From: Candidatus Omnitrophota bacterium
GTDB lineage: Bacteria; Omnitrophota; Gorgyraeia; 2-01-FULL-45-10; JBDRSA01
Direction of reading: 5' to 3'
DNA length: 17,560 bases
Assembly (NCBI GenBank): GCA_043825275.1
Contig: JBDRSA010000004.1
Location: forward strand, 1 to 17,560
Shown: positions 14,408 through 17,560 of the stretch, one piece after another
Layout: each line of letters begins with the position of its first letter
Numbering within the stretch: position 1 is the stretch's first letter
Translations under genes and position numbers: made by a program
Notes under the pieces: model-generated
Seen by the model: the letters and a program-made list of their open reading frames with translations, nothing else
Told to the model about the DNA's origin: nothing
Database searches by the model: none

Positions 14408-15499
14408 TTACTTCACTACTTCAATATATCCGACTATATGATCTTTAAAAGCTTGGCTTGCGTACCGCAAGCGGGGATAGCCGGTACGAAAATCAAAGGC
14501 TCCACTGTTGAGCGCGCCTCTTGAATACGATCCTCTTGATCGGGGATTAAATAGCCCGATCTGCACCGCATAGGCGCCCGGTTGAAAATCTTTCGGAATA
14601 AAGATCCTTTCCGGGCCAATTTCATATATGCCGCTTTCGGCCCACTGAGAAGTAGGGACTAATGGATCTCTGTCCGCGTTGATAAACCATCGCCGTTTTG
14701 ATGACTTTTTTTTCAATTCATTTGATTTTGAAATATGAATAAACGCTTTATACTTTTTGTCCAGCGCTTTTAAGGCCACCATACTGCAGGAAAGTAAAAT
14801 TTCCGTGCCGCGTCGAACAGTATCCGGAGCGCGCAACGAAACAAAGTCTACCATAGGATCTTCCAGGATATCTCTCTTTGCAAGATCTTCCCTATCAAGC
14901 CTTACATTGTCCAAATAAAACTCGCGATCTTCGTTTTGGGGACCGGTAAAGAGTTTAAGATAGACGATATTCGTTAGATCAACTGTATCAGCAATATCTT
15001 TGAGATCGATCCGAATATTATTTTTCCCACTTTGCATCTTTATTTTCTGCTGCGCATATCGGCCGGCTTTATCCTTTATTTTTATGTCAAGGAGTACAGG
15101 GGCATCCTGCGGGTTCCATAGCTCAAACCGTAAAGATTTAAAACGAGACCAATCTTTTTCCCCGCGAGGACCTATATTAGTGTCTTCAAGCCCTACTCCT
15201 GGAGTAGCGCTCCCTCCATGTTCTTTACTGTATAGAGTTACATGGGCGGAGTGTTTTCCAGATGACGCGTACCGGGAAGAAAGCTCAACAAAGCTTCCGT
15301 CAAGATCCCACGCCCAAAAATCCTTCGACCCCTCAAAATCACTAAGAACTTTTTCGTGAGGCGTATAAAAATAATTGACTGCCGGTTTTGTATAATTAAT
15401 AAACGTGTTAATAACTCCCGTTCTTTTTATGGAAAACCCGATCAATAAGAGCCATCCGAGGATAACACTAAATATAACTAAAAAATAATTTTTTTTCAA
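14408..15499 (-). CDS. Membrane-anchored protein with a CBM-like module and a Wzt-C-like module (363 aa)
   Basis: N-terminal TM NYFLVIFSVILGWLLLIGFSI. VLSDFEGSKDFWAWDLDGSFVELSSRYASSGKHSAHVTLY...FYLDNVRL, then YKAFIHISKSN...WFINAD...YEIGPERIFIPKDFQPGAYAVQIGLF...KDHIVGYIEV. Confidence 0.7.
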   Translation of the reverse strand: MKKNYFLVIFSVILGWLLLIGFSIKRTGVINTFINYTKPAVNYFYTPHEKVLSDFEGSKDFWAWDLDGSFVELSSRYASSGKHSAHVTLYSKEHGGSATPGVGLEDTNIGPRGEKDWSRFKSLRFELWNPQDAPVLLDIKIKDKAGRYAQQKIKMQSGKNNIRIDLKDIADTVDLTNIVYLKLFTGPQNEDREFYLDNVRLDREDLAKRDILEDPMVDFVSLRAPDTVRRGTEILLSCSMVALKALDKKYKAFIHISKSNELKKKSSKRRWFINADRDPLVPTSQWAESGIYEIGPERIFIPKDFQPGAYAVQIGLFNPRSRGSYSRGALNSGAFDFRTGYPRLRYASQAFKDHIVGYIEVVK

Positions 15500-15532
15500 A
15501 ATATAGCCTGCCGTTCGAATGCCGAGAAATAT

Positions 15533-17560
15533 TCACTTCGCCAATTCCTCTATCAACCTTCCGATCCTCTCTCTTTCTTCAAAAACCCGCTTATTGTCTC
15601 TCGTATAGTAGATTGAGGTTTTGACAATAGCGTTATTTACGCGCAACGCGTCTTCGGCCTCAGATAAACCAGCATGATAATCGCTCGAAAAGCCGTTCTT
15701 TTTTATTAAGTTTACCGTATCGTTTAACAGATAAAAGTACTCGTAATCCTCGAGGCCATCCCGAAGGACCTCGAGCCGGATAGAGCCGACCGGGTTCTCT
15801 CCTTCCGGATCCGGATAATACAACGACCCGTTTCCGTTCTGCTCTGAAAAGGTCATAGCGCTCTTCCACGGATCGGTTTTGCTCCAATAGTTTACACACC
15901 AATAGAGCAACCCTTTGGCGCCGTACTTCCAGCATATCCATGGGATGATCCGGTGCTCGATCGCGGGAACATCCAGATTGAGGTTCGGGCATGGCCTCGT
16001 CGTTCCGGCAACATACATCCAGATATCCTTGCCGGATCTTTGAAATTCGGAAACGGCGGGCTGGACCAATTCATCAACTCTTACACACCATATATCAACA
16101 TCGGGATATCCTTTCCGCGGCGCCATAGTAACAAGATTCTTTATTCCCGGATTACCCTCATGAATAAGCCGGGTAAAATCTTTGACCCGATGAAGGGTTT
16201 CATCGAATATATACGCGTAGGAGATGTTGAGCCAGCCTTTTTCTTCCAGGTGCTTTCCGTATTCTCCAAAGACGCCTACCACAGCGTTTTGATCGGTATA
16301 TCCGTACCACTTATCCGTCCACTCTCCCCGGTATCCCCAGGGCCATTCCTGGGCAATGCCGAAACAGGCTTGGCCGTTTTCAAGATAGAACGCCGCCTCT
16401 TTGTCGAATTTGTCAAACGCCAGATGATATTTCCCATCCTCTTCACCTAAGAACTTCGGATTGCCTACATTGTGTATCGGGCTGATGCGGTGCTTGAGCA
16501 TATCAAGATAATAGCTCTCAAGCAGCCTTTGGACCCGAAGTTTCCAAAATACGCCATCTTCATGCTGTTTCCGCGGATGACTTGATTTGATATGATGGGC
16601 ATAAAAGTCAAAAGCGGTTTTCAGGTTCGCTCTTTTGGGAATAGAGAAACCCCAAACGTGAAGCGTTACATCTACGCTTTTTGCCTTTTTCCCCGATGGA
16701 TGTATGATCACCGTACTCTTATATTTCCCGGGTAGAGTTTCCTTTGGGACATACACCGTGGCCCAGACCGGTTGAACAGTCTCTTTTGGGACATCAAAAG
16801 GCTCCTTGAGCGGGATCAGAGGATCGGGCCATAATCCGACTTTAACGGTATTGTAGTATGGTTTTTCTGTTTTGACATAGCCCACTTTATATAACGTTAC
16901 ATTCTCTTTTCCGATCCCGCGGCCATTCTTCTCAAAAAAATCATCTTCCAACAAAACCTCTACGTTTTGCAGATCATCCTCTCCGGGAACAACCACGATC
17001 TGAAAGCTCTCGTATTCTCCCCTTGCCGCGTAAATAGTTACGCTATCTCGATCGCTCGTATAGTCCAAATAAGCTCTCTCCTGAAATATCTTCTTGAGGG
17101 AATCAGCGGCCATTACTCCATAACCGTATTCATCTGCAAATATAACCGGTTCAGGAGACCTCTTTTTTATCGAGATCGCGCCGACCGCCCAATCATGAAT
17201 ATCCTGATTGCTGTAAGGTAACTTTTTATAGTATGCCCCGGTCGCTGTTCTCGTTTGGGAGGAAAGCCCCATAGTCACCCTATATTCTCCCTCGGGAAGA
17301 TCAAGCGGAACGTATATATAGAACGGTCCCAGATCTATCCTTTTATTGGGCTCCCAAAGCTTCTGTGGTCCCAAAGCATGGATATCAGCGTTTACATACG
17401 CCCCCGGCCAGGTTCCTTCAAGGTGTAAAAAAAGAAAATGTTCTTTCGGAAGTCGTTCCGTGATCTCCAAGCCGCATGAAATCGCAACCATATCCCCCGT
17501 AAACAGCTCAGCGGGAGATATATCAATGTTCAAAAGGTTCACCTGTTCTTCGCCATATGA
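15533..17560 (-). CDS. Wzt-C-like module plus DUF4091 / GH123-like glycoside-hydrolase-type protein; 5' end probably beyond the window
   Basis: HFLFLHLEGTWPGAYVNAD...IDLGPFYIYVPLDLPEGEYRVTMGLS, then YAARGEYESFQIVVVPG, PLIPLKEPFDVPKETVQPVWATVYVPKETLPGKYK, YAYIFDET, GLLYWCVNYW, GSIRLEVLRDGLEDYEYFYLL. A GTG at 17542 is possible, but the frame is open to 17560 and no signal peptide is present. Confidence 0.82.
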   Translation of the reverse strand, partial: SYGEEQVNLLNIDISPAELFTGDMVAISCGLEITERLPKEHFLFLHLEGTWPGAYVNADIHALGPQKLWEPNKRIDLGPFYIYVPLDLPEGEYRVTMGLSSQTRTATGAYYKKLPYSNQDIHDWAVGAISIKKRSPEPVIFADEYGYGVMAADSLKKIFQERAYLDYTSDRDSVTIYAARGEYESFQIVVVPGEDDLQNVEVLLEDDFFEKNGRGIGKENVTLYKVGYVKTEKPYYNTVKVGLWPDPLIPLKEPFDVPKETVQPVWATVYVPKETLPGKYKSTVIIHPSGKKAKSVDVTLHVWGFSIPKRANLKTAFDFYAHHIKSSHPRKQHEDGVFWKLRVQRLLESYYLDMLKHRISPIHNVGNPKFLGEEDGKYHLAFDKFDKEAAFYLENGQACFGIAQEWPWGYRGEWTDKWYGYTDQNAVVGVFGEYGKHLEEKGWLNISYAYIFDETLHRVKDFTRLIHEGNPGIKNLVTMAPRKGYPDVDIWCVRVDELVQPAVSEFQRSGKDIWMYVAGTTRPCPNLNLDVPAIEHRIIPWICWKYGAKGLLYWCVNYWSKTDPWKSAMTFSEQNGNGSLYYPDPEGENPVGSIRLEVLRDGLEDYEYFYLLNDTVNLIKKNGFSSDYHAGLSEAEDALRVNNAIVKTSIYYTRDNKRVFEERERIGRLIEELAK

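Noticed and set aside
1-17560. CRISPR array, tRNA/rRNA genes, transposase or prophage genes
   Set aside because: No regularly spaced direct repeats, rRNA-like segments, recognisable tRNA cloverleaf or T-loop sequences, or transposase/integrase motifs were found by eye. A tRNAscan or Rfam search was not possible here.

Overview
The 17.56 kb window is bacterial and protein-dense, with no convincing tRNA, rRNA, CRISPR array or transposon. Its organisation suggests an Omnitrophota/PVC-like uncultured lineage, but that is a weak inference. Three blocks are visible. (1) Minus strand, 1-6898: a metallophosphoesterase running off the left edge, a small membrane protein, an exported protein of unknown function, an O-antigen-ligase-like polytopic protein, a receiver-GGDEF diguanylate cyclase and a GAF/HisKA/HATPase sensor kinase. 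(2) Plus strand, ~6960-12318: a compact operon encoding a LysM protein, a fusion of a truncated FliF C-terminal region to FliG, FlbD/SwrD, MotA and two tandem MotB paralogs. (3) Minus strand, 12468-17560: envelope or polysaccharide-type proteins sharing repeated beta-sandwich modules, one with a DUF4091/GH123-like region. The most notable observation is block 2. It encodes a flagellar-type rotor and stator core reduced to one rotor polypeptide (RBM3-like domain, TM, linker, FliG middle/C domain) plus MotA and two MotBs. No rod, hook, filament or export genes are present in the window. It is a candidate non-flagellar or highly reduced ion-driven rotary motor, possibly tied to c-di-GMP signalling encoded divergently. 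Family calls come from motif recognition by eye; no searches were run.
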